From the NCBI GenBank assembly GCA_043228905.1, contig JBHGNT010000001.1, positions 24,552,001 through 24,616,000 on the forward strand: 64,000 nt of DNA. The letters are read 5' to 3'. This DNA comes from Azolla caroliniana. Taxonomy: Eukaryota > Plantae > Polypodiophyta. Positions 1 through 12,700 of this stretch are shown here, one piece after another. The translations under genes were made by a program, and so were the position numbers. A model generated the notes under the pieces. The model searched no databases. It worked only from the letters and a program-made list of their open reading frames with translations, and was not told the origin of the DNA. Every line of letters starts with the position of its first letter. Position 1 is the first letter of the stretch.

Positions 1-1680
1 CCCTTTTTGTACTAATTTATGTAAGTACTAGGTGTCGGTAGGTTTTGTGGATTACTAGGAAGTTAGGCACTATTAGAGGATTTAATATTGCATGGGTAGG
101 GACACGGAAACAAAGGTGAGATAGCGAGAGCACATCAAGAAGAGAATCTAGGAGAGAATATCGAGGAGTCATTAAACCTGATGTAACGGCTACTCCTTGT
201 GCTATAAAAGGGGAGGCCCCAGACTGTTTGAGGTATCATTGTTTTCCTTGAGAAGCAGAGGACGCTACCGAATAGGAAGAAGTAGCTCGCTCACTCATTC
301 TCTTCTGAACCTCTACAACCAAACCTTGGGAGGAACCCTTGGCTCATGTCAGACGCACGCGCGCTCCCGGCCAGAGGTCCCCTTTTTCCGTGTGTTTGCT
401 CTAGAGCTCGAAGCTCTGTTCCCGGCTCTGACCGGTTGTATTCCCTGTGCTTCATGCGCGTTGTCGTAGTGTAATTCCCACACTACGTGAAAATTGCAAT
501 ATTGTCCCTCCGGATGGAACCGGCAACGAGGAACCGGTGAGAACTGGATGAAGGATGGAATCGGTAAGGAGGAACCGGTGAGAACCGGATGAAGGATGGA
601 ATCAGCAAGGAGGAACCAGTAAGGAGACCCAGTAAGAACCGGCATGAGCCGGATAAAGAAGGCTGGTGAGAGTCTCTCACCGGATGAAGAGACAAATTTG
701 TAAATAGAAGAAAAGATTGTTACATGCATAGGGCAAGATTCGAACCCTGTACCTCCATGTTAACGATTTTTAAGCCTTACCAATATACTAGCATATTATG
801 AATTTTAAAGTTATACTAAACTTTATCCCATGTAAATATTCTAGATATGCATGGTACAAAAAGTTATTCATGCATACACACTCAAGTTAAAAGAAAAGAT
901 TGGATAGAAAGCTAATCATGCACATGCAGTGTGCATGAAAACTAAAGTTAGGAAAAGCATGATGCTTGCATGTGATAAACTTAGACTCTTACAACACTAT
1001 ATAAGGAAGAGAGAAAGATGTATAGGGGTTGTTGATTTTTTATAAGGATTGATTAATACAAAATATTCGTGGGATTCATGATTTTACCATCTAATTTTCT
1101 CTTACAATCTAAGTATCCATTAATACATTATTCTCGTGGGATTCACGTGTTTCACATTTCCATCTTGCAATCTATTCGTAACAAAACTATCTCATATTCT
1201 TCTTCTCCTAGTCCAAAACATCAGTGGTTCCCACCTGACTCACACAACGATCCGAAGCCAAAAGGCACGACAACGCGTCCTAGCTACTATTGACAATCTA
1301 TTACGTTGCTTTATGTTGTTTCTTTTCCTTGTGTCGTTCTCACGTTGCCATTCTCTCGTACTGCATTGAGTCCGAAACCTACGGCCACCTCCTTCCTACT
1401 CCTCTTTGTTTGATTCACAGTGTTCCACTCGCGGGCCTCTTCCTCCTTTCTCGATTCCTTGGTTCAAGACCCCCGTGGTCCTGCCCCGTTTCTATGCATC
1501 TACGCGGAATACCGCGACACCGCATCCATCTCATTGTATCCCTCATTCTTAAGATTTAATATTCAGTGTACCTGTTTATTTGTGATTTTATTGATGTCGA
1601 TCTGTTTGATTATCTCAATCACCTATGGATGAGGTTCGGCGTCTGCTACCCGAAGATATCCCTCCAATCCACTAGTCTTC
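1..1680 (+). mobile_element. 3' part of a probable LTR (starts before the window), interrupted by the 462-1272 element
   Basis: TATA-like ctataaaagg at about 202, then CT-rich non-coding sequence; ends ...ctagtcttca at about 1680, where minus-strand gypsy sequence resumes. The left end and TSD are not visible. Confidence 0.4.
462..1272. mobile_element. Non-coding TGT...ACA element, copy 1 (solo LTR or Ginger-like non-autonomous element)
   Basis: Termini tgtcgtagtg...aggcacgaca; colinear with 25846-26573 and 32717-33601; flanks gcgt/acgc. Confidence 0.85.
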
Positions 1681-4600
1681 AACTAGTTTCGTAGATGTTC
1701 AGAGACCTGAATCAAGATTTCTTCGTTTTGTTCTTCATTGCCTGCTACCATGTTGTCGTCTTTGTACGAGTGTGAAAGTTGAAGTGGTCTGTGTGCTCAC
1801 CTGTTGCTCATTTCGTTTCTCCATGTTTCTCTTTTTCTGCTTTTCTGCACCCGAGTGTGCAATGTTGCTTCTCTGTGTTTTTTTGTGTTAGGAAAACGGG
1901 ATGAAAAGGTTTCTGTATAAAAGTGGGCCATAATTTGAAAAGGCACGGTGGAAAAATAGAATCTTCTATTAATGTTGTCCTTTAAGAGCCACTCCTCAAA
2001 ATGATGTCCCTCAATCATCTCGCCCTTTATAATAAGTGGAAAATGATAATGCCAAGAATGACTCATGCCAAGATTTGATTTTCTGGTATTATACTCATGT
2101 CAAGAATGACTTATACCGGTTTGTCGATGTTGAAAAGCTTCTCTTTTCCGTGTTGGTGTCGATCAACAAAAGATTCTATTTTCCTCCATTTATGTTCTAA
2201 ATGCCACATCGATTATATCCGACTTTCCTCTAATGTTAGAAACTACTCTTTCCGAATTCGTTCCGATTGCTCTTCATCCAGTCGCTCTGCCACCTACAGT
2301 CTTTAACTCGGAATCTAGAATTCAATTGGCATGACTACTTCTAAACCAAAAGCCATCTCAAAGGGAGTCGATTGAATCATAGTCTTGTAGGTTGTCTGAT
2401 ATGCCCATAGTGCACTGTGTAATTTTTTATCACAGTCGGTCTGATTCTCATTAACTGTTTTCTTAATAATCGTCTGCAACATCTTATTATTCGATTCTGC
2501 TAATCCATCCTCTTATGGATAGTAAGGTGTACTCTTTTTGTGCACTACTACATAATAATTTGTTAATTCAAATATTACTTTATTAATGAAATGAGTAACC
2601 CAGTCGCATACTAGTTTAATTGGACAGTTGAATCTGCAGCAGATGTATTCGTATAGAAATTTGGCCATTGAAATAGTTGTATTATCTCGAAGGGCCTTTG
2701 CTTTGAGCCACTTCGTACAATAATCGGTAGCGACTATAACATATTGATTGTTGGTTCTCGCTATTGTTGGCTTAAATGGCTCGACAAAGTCTAGACCCCA
2801 TTTCTGAAATGGTTTGAGCGGCAGTACTGGTTGATGAGGCATCTGATCTCTTTCATTGGACTAATAGATCCTTTGACATAGATCACATTGTTGACGGTAC
2901 TTTACCGCATCTTTCATTGTCATAGGCCACCATAAACCATTATTCAATACCTTTCGAGCGATTGTTTCTACTGCATAATGTCTGCCGGGAATTCCACAAT
3001 GAGCTTCACATAAAATTGTTTCTTTTTCGAATTGTCGAACCCCTCAGAACCAGATTCCATCTACTCCCTTGTGATACAATGTGTCATTCAGTAGGTAGAA
3101 ATTTCGACTCCGAACAGCCAATCATTTTCTTTCTTTTGGCAACATGCCTTCAGGTGGTAAGCCTAAAGTTAGAAATGCAGTCATCTCTGTGATCCATAAA
3201 TCTACCGACTCTTCATCTACTTCTGTCGAATTAATAGCTTCGATTAGGAATAGTTGTGCATATGGAAAATCGTCTCGAAAGCCCTCACCCAATTCTTCAA
3301 ACTCTAGTCTACTTAAATAGTCAGCTACTACGTGTTGCAGCCCAGGACGATGTATGATGTTGAATTCGAATTCCTGTAAGAAAAGCGTCCATCGGGCTAA
3401 TTTCCCAGTTAAATATTGCTTCGACACTAGGTATAGTAAAGCAGAATGATCAACATGAAAGGTTTCCATCTGAGAAGATAGTGTCAAAACTTATTTACAC
3501 TATAAATCATGCCGACAGCTTCTTGTTCAGTTGTCGAATAATTTCGTTCGGCAGTCGACAACTTCTGACTCGCATATTATATTGGTCTGTACCAGTTGGG
3601 CTTCGACGCCTGCATTAGTGCACTTCCAATTGCTATTTCAAATGCATCGACAAATACATGAAAATCTTTTGACCAATCAAGAGTTGAACTACTAGCACTC
3701 TCGACAGCATCTTCTTCGGACAGTCATAAGCATCATGTTCTGTTGTTGACCATTGAAAAGGTGTTCTATGTACTTCAATATGAAGAGGTGTCGCAACATC
3801 AACTAAATATTTGATCATTCAACTATGCCATCTAATTTGACCCAAAAATCGGCTTAATGCCTTAACATTTGTCGACAATGGTGCATCTATTATTGCTTTC
3901 ACTTTATCAGGATCGATAGCAATTCCGTCCCGACTAACAATATGACCAAGTAATGTACCACTTGTTACACTGAATGCACATTTTGTTGGATTTAAACTTT
4001 GTCGACCTTGGCGACACTTTCCCAAACAGAGTCGGAGATGTTCGAGATGATTGTTCTTTCGACTGTAGATGGCAAAGTCATTGAGAAATACATGCATAAA
4101 TGCAGGTATATATTCCTAAAAGATTTCCATAATTACCCTCTGGTATGTATCTTGGGCCGTTTTGAGACCGGGCATCATAACAACTGCCACAAAAACACCC
4201 CATTCTGTGACAAAAGTTGTCTTTTCCTCATCCTCTGGGTGCATTCGAATTGATTATAACCTTTGAATCCATCCATGAAGTTATATATCTCGTGACCGGC
4301 TATTGTGTCGAGTACTCCATTTGTGAAAGGTAACAGAAAAGCATATGTTACTATTGCCGCATTTAATTTCCTGTAATCGACACAAACCCTAATTTTTCCA
4401 TTCTTCTTGGGAACAACTACTATCGGGCTAAGCCAAGTGGCTTTCTTAAATGCTCGAATGAATCCGGCCTGTAGCAGTTTGTGGATTTCTTCTTTCACTT
4501 TGACCGCATAATTAGGATTCAATTAGTAATGTCGTTGTTGTACCGGTTTTGCATCTTTATGCAAATTAATCTGATGTTGATAAAAGGCAGGATCCAGTTC

Positions 4601-6247
4601 TTTCATATCCTCGAACGACCATGCAAAGACATCTCTGTATTGCCGTAATAATTCTGCTAGCTTGGTCTTCTTGGCCAATTGCATTTCCTTGGCTATTAAC
4701 ACAGTTTCAGCTCGCTATCATTTTCTTCCAGATTCAATTCCTCGAGCGTAGAAGCATGTACTCTTTGTGATACTTGCATCTCCTTTTCCATGGCTTCTTG
4801 TTGTTGCTATAACTCCATTAAAGTTTTGTCGTCGACTGGAACATCGACATCCTTTTCTTCATTACTCATATATGGGGTGAGTATCTCGCCTATGTCAATC
4901 TCAAATAAGAGGATGATCTTTGGATTTTCATCAAAATACTGATTCAGTTCCCCGTCATCCACCACCTCCCTCCATCATATTGACAAATTCGGCATATAAA
5001 GGCACCAATTCCCATGTGGTCATTACTTTCTCCTGAGTAGAGACTCTAATTTTTGTTTTCCCTTTCCGAAATGTAAGAAGATTCTTCTGCCAATTTTGTT
5101 TGATATTGGTTGTGCGAAGCCATGGTCTGCCCAACAACAGAGGGTAAGCACCTGATGCATCTAAATGTAAGACGACCGCCGATATTTGGAATGTATGTCC
5201 GCCAATGAAAATATCCAATTGTCAGATTAACCCTTGTGGTCTGACAATGCTTGTATTTGCCATTTGTAACTAGAATGGACACGCCTCCCATTTTGTGATG
5301 CCTAGTCGATAACAGGTGGTTTTATTAATCACATTCACTCCTGAGCCACCATCTACTATACTACCCAGAACCTCTTGGCCTTGAATGATTACCTTAATTG
5401 TCGGGCTTTGCTCGTCCACAATTGTCGGTCCCCTAATAGGATTGGTAAAGTTAATTGATACCTTTTCCGACTCATTTTTCGCCATAATGTGAGAGACCTC
5501 TTTTGTAAAACGAGGTACTAATTTCAATAACCTTGTTAGTGGAAACAATATTTGGCAATTTGCCAAGGCTTCCCATGATTCATCATCTTCAAGTGATTTG
5601 GTCGTTACTTCTTCTTGTCCACTTTCCGAATTGTCGAGCATGATATCTCGTTCATTGCTCTGCTGCAACATCCTAGCGACATTATTGTTGTTGGCTTTGT
5701 GTACTACCCATTCATTAGCTGCCTTCCAAACTACTTCCTATTTTCCCACTCAGATTGTTTTGTTTTGCTCCGAGTCATGACTTGTTGTACTTCCACAATT
5801 ACCATATTTACCGTTGGGGCCTTCCCTTTTTCTTTTGTCGGACATTGATTTGCATAGAGTTCATGCTTTTTGCAAATGTAGCAATTAGGTACCCACGGCC
5901 CACTAGATTCTCAGTTCTCATAACACGATCGCCGAACATCCTGTGGTTCCGGCTCATCTCGAGCTTTAGAATTATATTGGAATTGTCGAAATGCCTTGGG
6001 TCGCCTATTGTCATCCCGTCTATCGTCATTGAATCGATGATTAGGTTGTCGATTGTCATCATTTCTCCTTTGATCATAGGATCTTTGATCATCATGATAT
6101 CGATGATCTTTGTAAGGGTGGTGATCATTTCTATCATGCCTTGGTGAATAGTCTCAGTCATAATTGTTACGACTATCCCTCTTGTAATCATCTTGATGGT
6201 CATCTTCTCTCCGATAATCATTGTAGCGATCATCCCTTCAATAATCG

Positions 6248-6772
6248 GATGAGACCCGGTGAGAACCGGATGTTGCAGGCCTGGCCTCGGAAGACCCAGT
6301 GAGAACCTCTCACCAGATGAAGGGACATATAAGTACATATGTTCCAGAGAGCCCACTGGGGCTATATTTGTAAATAGCCCGAAAGTCATATTAGTATAAA
6401 TATAACCTAGGGCAAACAGTATATATACTCGGGTGTTGTCATATTGTTATAATTGGTTGTATAGAGCGTAATAGAGAGAGAGGGAGGGAGGGAGTGATAC
6501 AAAGAGTGTCTCTGTTGTAACTACCGCCAGGCGAAGGTTGAGAGCAAGAGGTCGTTGCCTCTGTGCTCCCTGTTGTATTCCTTGACACAGTGATAGTTTG
6601 GAGTATGTGGGCTCCCGTGGTTTTTCCCTCTCAGGGTTTTTCCACGTTAACATACTATGTACCCTCTCTCTCTCATATTGTCTGTGTATATGTGCATTTA
6701 CTTGCATTGCCCATTTCTTCTGTGGTTGTGATTCTAATGAAGTGATTGAAGTCTCGGTTGTGGCCGAGCATT
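6248..6772 (+). mobile_element. Internal fragment of a copia LTR related to the 57121-57832 family, embedded in gypsy gag
   Basis: Shares gacccggtgagaaccggatg, gctatatttgtaaatagc(c)cgaaa(a)gtcatattagtataaatat and gaggtcgttgcctctgtg with the 57-61 kb LTRs; lacks both TG and CA ends. Confidence 0.75.
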
Positions 6773-6953
6773 ATTCCGCATATTCTTCTCAGCTCTATCT
6801 ACCTTACTGGAGCCGCGACTTTGTTCAGCAGATTATATTCGCACGAATCGATCGTATGTGCTTTTGAATGACAAATCGGACAATGTATGTGTAATGTGCA
6901 TTTCATTGTAGAATGCTCTAGATTCAAACTTGTCGTGCATAGAATTGCCTGCC

Positions 6954-7435
6954 GGTAACAATCGGCAACAATTTGGTTTGAAACGAACCGAACCGCGAAA
7001 CCACAGCTTAACAGCTTAACGATTTAAACAGTTCAGTTCAGGTTTGGGTTCTTTTAATGGTTCGGATCGGTTTCAACAGTTAGAAACCGTGGTTAAAACG
7101 GTTTAACGGTTTGTTTTTTTTTTAAATTTAAAATTTGTTTTTAAACAGTCTTTTCATTTTCATGCCTTATTCTCACATTTTAGGAAAATCTTTTAAATTT
7201 AAATAATTTAAATAATGATATTAAAATTTTAAATTTTGACCTAAGTTGAAAACCAAAACCGAACCACAAAACCACGGTTTTACCAATTTAATGGCTTAAT
7301 GGTTTGAAAAAAATTAATGGTTCACTTTAACGGTTTCGTGGTTCGGTTCGGTTCGGTTTGGTTTGGTTTAGGTTTCAATATTCTTAAACGGCTCGGTTTG
7401 GACCATCTCGAACCGAACCGTTGCCAATTGTTACT
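6954..7435. mobile_element. MITE-like non-autonomous DNA transposon with many AACCG/CGGTT subterminal repeats
   Basis: Inverted termini ggtaacaatcggcaac / gttgccaattgttact; flanked by tgcc at 6950-6953 and 7436-7439; removing it restores the gag reading LRFWQAI. Confidence 0.75.
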
Positions 7436-7775
7436 TGCCAGAACCTTAATTCCTCCAGAGTTGGTAAGGGTTTCTGTAATGATGCCATAGACATACTATT
7501 ACTTGTTTGCGTTTTATCCATTATGAGTGCTTTGTCAATCACCTGCTCTAGTGATTGTTCTTTAAAATTGAACATGACTAACATTGTCCAAAGCGGCTCT
7601 CATAGTGCCGACAAGAAAGCATCTTTCACATCTTCTTCTAGAAGAGGTCGCGCTAATCGCTTCCGAAGGTTTTGAAACCAAATAATGAATTGTGGAATAG
7701 TCTCATGGGCTTCTCGATAAGCCGCATAGAATTGGCTCATGAGTTCCCTTCTTGGAACTCATGATTAGCTTGCCA

Positions 7776-8637
7776 TGTCGTAAGGAAAGTGTTGTCAAGG
7801 AAATCCTTGTGTGTTCGTGAAATGAAGCAGGAAGGCCAGTTTAGGGTTTAGGTTTTACTAACGTAAGGGAGAAAGTATTTAAGATAGATAGGTAGATAGA
7901 TAGATTCCAATTCCGACTTAGAACCCTTGATTTCAATTTTGAGAGACAAGACACATTACCAATGAGATAACTAGGTTTTTATTATTATTAGTTCTTGATT
8001 CCATACATAGCCCCCCTCCCGCCACCCTACACAAGCCCAACTAGAGGCTTTTATAGGTCTCTCCATGCTTGTAACATGCACAAAACTATGGGCTAAAACC
8101 ATGGTTTTTGTGCACACGGTTTTGCTTATGACATGCACAAAACCATGGGCTTAAAACCATTGTTTTATGCACATGAGTTATAGATTTGTTTCCTATGGAA
8201 TACTGAATATAAAAAAAAAATATGCAAAATTTAAAGCACTCAGTAGTAGCTTTAGTGGTAAGTCAATTGTTTCTTATCTTGGAGGTGTAAGGTTCAAAAC
8301 CTTATTTGCACCCCTCTGTGTGCACAAAAATGCCACTAGGCCTTAGGCTTATTTTCATATTTACAAGTGTTTGTGTAATGTGCACCTAAACGCACATCAC
8401 ATGCACATGTTTAAACTTACATCTAGCCTTTCTTTTACGATTCTCATTTCGTTCCTATTTACAACATGCTAGTGTACATGTGTGACCATCACCCCTTTCA
8501 CACGTGTGCACATTGCACCTTCTCAATTTTGTCTGTTCCACGTGATTTTCACACCATTGCCGAAAATCTTCATGACATCGCGCATATGCGCCTTTGCGTC
8601 AGCTTCATCATTGTATTTGGGATATAGGGATACGACA
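7776..8637 (-). mobile_element. Probable solo LTR (TGTCGTA...TACGACA) within gypsy gag
   Basis: 7-bp terminal inverted repeat; minus-strand TATA (ttttatagg at about 8050); tRNA-like module at 8243-8310; no TSD found. Confidence 0.5.
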
Positions 8638-8914
8638 TTGTATCCTCCTCAAAAACTTCTTCTAAGTTTGTGAAATAACCGTGATGGTCAGACGACTCCT
8701 TATCTGAATTACTGTCAGTGGATAAATCAGCAACCTCTCTTAATTCCCCTTTAGCTTCCTACTGAATTAGTTTGACAGACTCCAAATGGAATTACCTTCC
8801 TCTGCACATCGGCTCTCCGATCTCGTGCATGGTCTTTTGCTTCCTGCAAGCTGGTCTATACTAGGTTGATTGGATGACATCTATTCTCCTTGTTCTTTGT
8901 TCGTAATAGATGTA

Positions 8915-8927
8915 ACCGGGCATGCCA
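8915..8927 (-). promoter_or_regulatory. Primer binding site (tRNA-Arg type) of the minus-strand gypsy
   Basis: Minus strand reads TGGCATGCCCGGT just downstream of the LTR end at about 8934, resembling the TGGCACGCCC PBS of Tat-lineage elements. Confidence 0.6.
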
Positions 8928-8933
8928 AATTAT

Positions 8934-9723
8934 TGTGTTGTCTCTCTCGACTAACACAAAGGGTCAAACCACTTAATGACTAAGTCGTCCTATCAAAAGA
9001 TTGTGATTGGAGATGGAATACTTGTCGACAATAGTAATCACTTAATCATTACATAGATATTAGCTACTCAAACTTCATTAATAAAAGTATAAAATACGAA
9101 CTTGATCGACTGATAATGATAGATATAATATGCGTAGTAGAGAAACATAACATCTAACATAGTATATACTCTAACTACCAAAATTATATTACTAATCAAA
9201 ACAGACCGATATTGATACAATGCTCTCAGCCCATTTTTATAGGTGACTTGAGAGACTCTTTCAAGATAGTACATTTTCTTGTTCGGCAAGAACCCACAGT
9301 TATACTAACCGTTATATTTTCTAAATTACTCTATTTACTACTTGGTAAAAATTACAATTTGACTACTATCTTTTCACACTCGTCCAACTGTGACTCCGAC
9401 TCCTCATGCCGCCCTTTACACTTCGGGTAGCCGACGGGCTACACATCCGGCACAGTATATACACTAACTACCAAAATTATATTACTAATCAAATCAGGCC
9501 AATATTGATACAATGCTCTCGGCCCCTTTTTATAGGCGACCTGAGAGACTCTTTCAACATAGTACACTTGCATGTTCAACAAGAACCTACAGTTATACTA
9601 ACCGTTCTATTTCTAAATTACTCTATTTACTACTTGGCAAAAATTACAATTCGACTACTATCTTTTCACACTCGTCCAACTCCTCTTGTCGACCTTTACA
9701 CTTCGGGTAGCCAACCAGCTACA
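8934..9723 (-). repeat. 5' LTR of the minus-strand gypsy, containing a tandem duplication of about 280 bp
   Basis: Starts TGTAGC on the minus strand at 9723; segments about 9160-9445 and 9452-9723 are direct copies. Confidence 0.65.
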
Positions 9724-12700
9724 ATATGTCACAAGCCGAACTAGATCGACTGATGGCGATCGGCTACATCCTAAAGCTCCAGACAAAGACATACTTCTGT
9801 GAGCATTGTTGTTATGGGAAACAGACTCGAAGTCCACACCCTCTTCACTAAGAGACAATACATCAACCCCTAGAACTGGTCCACAAAGATATATGTGGAC
9901 CGATGCCCGAAAGGTCACGAGGAGGCTCCCTATACTTCACCACATTCGTAGATGATTGTACACGAAAGGTTTGGGCCTACTCGATTAGGTTGAAAGACGA
10001 CGCGCTCGCGGTCTTCTCTCCGTGGTTAGCCGAAGTAGAGAACCGATCAAGATACAGAGTAAAGACACTCCATTCCAACAACGGAGAGGAATGCACCTCT
10101 TGAGCCTTCAAATAGTACTTGTTCGAAAAAGGAATCCGGCATCAAAAGACCGCTCCCTATACTCTCATGCAAAATGGCATGGCAGAACGGATCAATCGGA
10201 CGATCCAAGAGAGAGTGACAACAATGCTCCAACACTCTAGACTAAAGCTAGAATTCTGGGCCGAGGCATTGCAGACGGCCGTTTATTTGACAAATCTATC
10301 ACCGTCGAGGGCAGTACAACTTGAAGTGCCTCAAGCAATATGATCAGGCAAACAACCGACCTACAATAGGCTCTGCATATTCGGATGCAAAGCCTACGCC
10401 TTCATACCCAGGGATAAAAGGACCAAGTTGGCACCCCATGAAACAAAGTGCATATTTCTCGGTTATGGAACCGATGGGGAATTCGACTACAAGTTATGGG
10501 ACCCAGAGAACTGTAAATTGATCCGAGGCAGTGACATAGTCTTCAATGAAGACTCCATTCTATCCTCAAACCCATCTCATCCTAAGAGATGTGGCAAAAA
10601 GGTCTCCTTTAACAAAGCTACCATAGAAGGACTGACCCACTAGGCCAAATTAGCGATCCAACAAATAGTCGAAATCGACCAAGCCAATCCCCCTACTGAA
10701 CCCGAATCGACAAGAGGTCCACTAGTTGAATTCAATTTGACTAAGAGATTGACAGGAGTTGAAAACGATAGAGTCGAAATGATCAAATCACCCAAACAGG
10801 ATAAAGTGCCCAAAGATCGAGCTGAACCAGCCAAGGCACGATCCCGAAGAAGGGGAGGATGACCAAACATCGCGGAAGTCCTATACTAGGGGCGAGTCAT
10901 CCCGCAGGACTCCTAACGATGGTTCAAGAACTATCGAACAACCAACTGAGATGATCGAAGATGCCGAACCAAAGATCTCGGCACCTAGGAGATACGAACG
11001 AGTCCGAAGGCCGATAGAGTTCTATCAACCGGGCCTCGACTACGTCAATTACACGGATGTAGGCAAACCAAGCTCCTATGAAGAAGCTATAGATATGCCA
11101 GATGCTGACACATGGCTACAAGCCATGAAATCCGAAATGGGATTCATCAAAATCACACATGGGAGTTGGTCAAGTTACGAGTTGGAAGGAGGCCACTACC
11201 CTACAAATGGATCTTCCGATACATGTATCTGATACGAAAAAGCCCAAATACAAAGCTCAGCTCATCCCAAAGGGATTCAAACAATAACAACGAGTTGACT
11301 ACAACAAGATATTCTCACCAGTAGTTAAGTTGACCACCCTCCAACTTCTACTTGGATTCGTGGTGACTGAAGACCTAGAGCTCGAGCAGTTGGACATCAA
11401 GATGGCATTCCTACATGGAGACTTGGAAGAAGACTTCTATATGTCTCAACCAGTAGGCTTCATGTTGATGGGTGAGGAAGGTCACCTTGTATGTCGATTG
11501 AAGAAAATCCTTTACGACTTAAAACAAGCGCCGAGGATGTGGTACCAGAAGTTCGACTCCTACATCAGGCAGCTTGGCCACCATCGATCGGACTCCGTGT
11601 CACGGCTAGATCATAAGCTCAGGCCACATCAGTCGTGGATGCATCAGTTATTTGTTGGAGTAATGAATCATCCTACAACATACAAGTGGTAAAAAGATGC
11701 AATTGGTCGGGTTTCAGCAAACGTCTAGATTGTTGAGCATAAGCAGCATCCCCAAGGCGGAGTGCAAGGTCGGCTCGATGAGAAAGGGCATCGGCCTTCC
11801 CAAGTTGGCCAACAGGTCGAAATACAATCTCAATATTGTGGTCGGTGAGAAATGTCGACCAACGGGCCTGCCTTCGATTCAAAGTACGAGTGGTGGAAAA
11901 ATAAACTAAATTTTTATGATCAGTCACTACCTGGACACAATGTTGTGCGCCGGCCAAGTAGGGTCGCCATTCTTCAAAGGTAGCAATGATAGCAACAAGC
12001 TCCTTGTCGTATATGGGATAATTGATTTTGGAGGTCGTGAATTTCCGGGAGTAGTAAGCCATTGGGTGCATTAGGTTGGTGTCGTTTGCTTGAGATAAGA
12101 TGGCGCCAATGGCAAAGTCAGAGACATCGGTTTCGACTTGGAAGGGTTTTGTGGGATTGGCATGTATCAGCACCAGGGCAATGATGAATGCGTGTTTGAG
12201 TGAGTCGAATGCATTTTGTGCCTCCAAGGTCCATAAAAAAGAAATATCTTTATGGGTGATGGCGATAAGAGGTTGTGCTAGGGTGGAAAACCCCTTGATG
12301 AAGCGACGGTAAAATTCACGAAGCCGAGGAAGGATTGCACATCTTTAAGTCACCTTGGAGTCGCCCACGTCTGAATGACAAAGACCTTCTTCATATCCAT
12401 GGTGATGCCAGTGGGCGAGATGATGTAGCCTAGAAATTCGATCGAGGTACGATCGAACTCGCATTTCTCGCCTTTGGCATAAAAGCCATGCTCGCGAAGT
12501 TTGGCAAGAACTAATCGGACTTGGCGAGTGTGCTCCTCCATGTTTGGCGAGAAAATGAGAATATCATCGAGGTAAATGACAACAAAATGATCAAGATATT
12601 CCCGGAATATATCGTTCATCATATGTTGAAAGATTGTTGGGGCATTAATAAGACCAAAAGGCATTACCTTGTATTCGAAATGCCCATACCATGTTCGGAA

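Larger units (their letters stand above)
1681..9723 (-). mobile_element. Degenerate Ty3/gypsy (Tat/Athila-like) LTR retrotransposon: 5' LTR, PBS, gag, protease, RT, RNase H, integrase, part of an extra ORF
   Basis: Minus-strand ORF fragments: IVDGGSGVN (protease, 5270-5671), WLSPIVVVPKKNGKIRVCVDYRKLN (RT, 4175-4522), HVDHSALLYL (RNase H), PFQKWGLDFV...ATDYCTKW (integrase, 2513-2842). Many stops and frameshifts. Inserted into the copia that resumes at 9724. Confidence 0.9.

Noticed and set aside
5808-6389. 193-aa Met/Ile-rich ORF
   Set aside because: Alternative frame of the low-complexity Asp/Arg-rich gag region fused to an LTR fragment.
7838-7856. Telomere repeat tttagggtttagg
   Set aside because: Only about two units; at most a telo-box within an LTR-like element.
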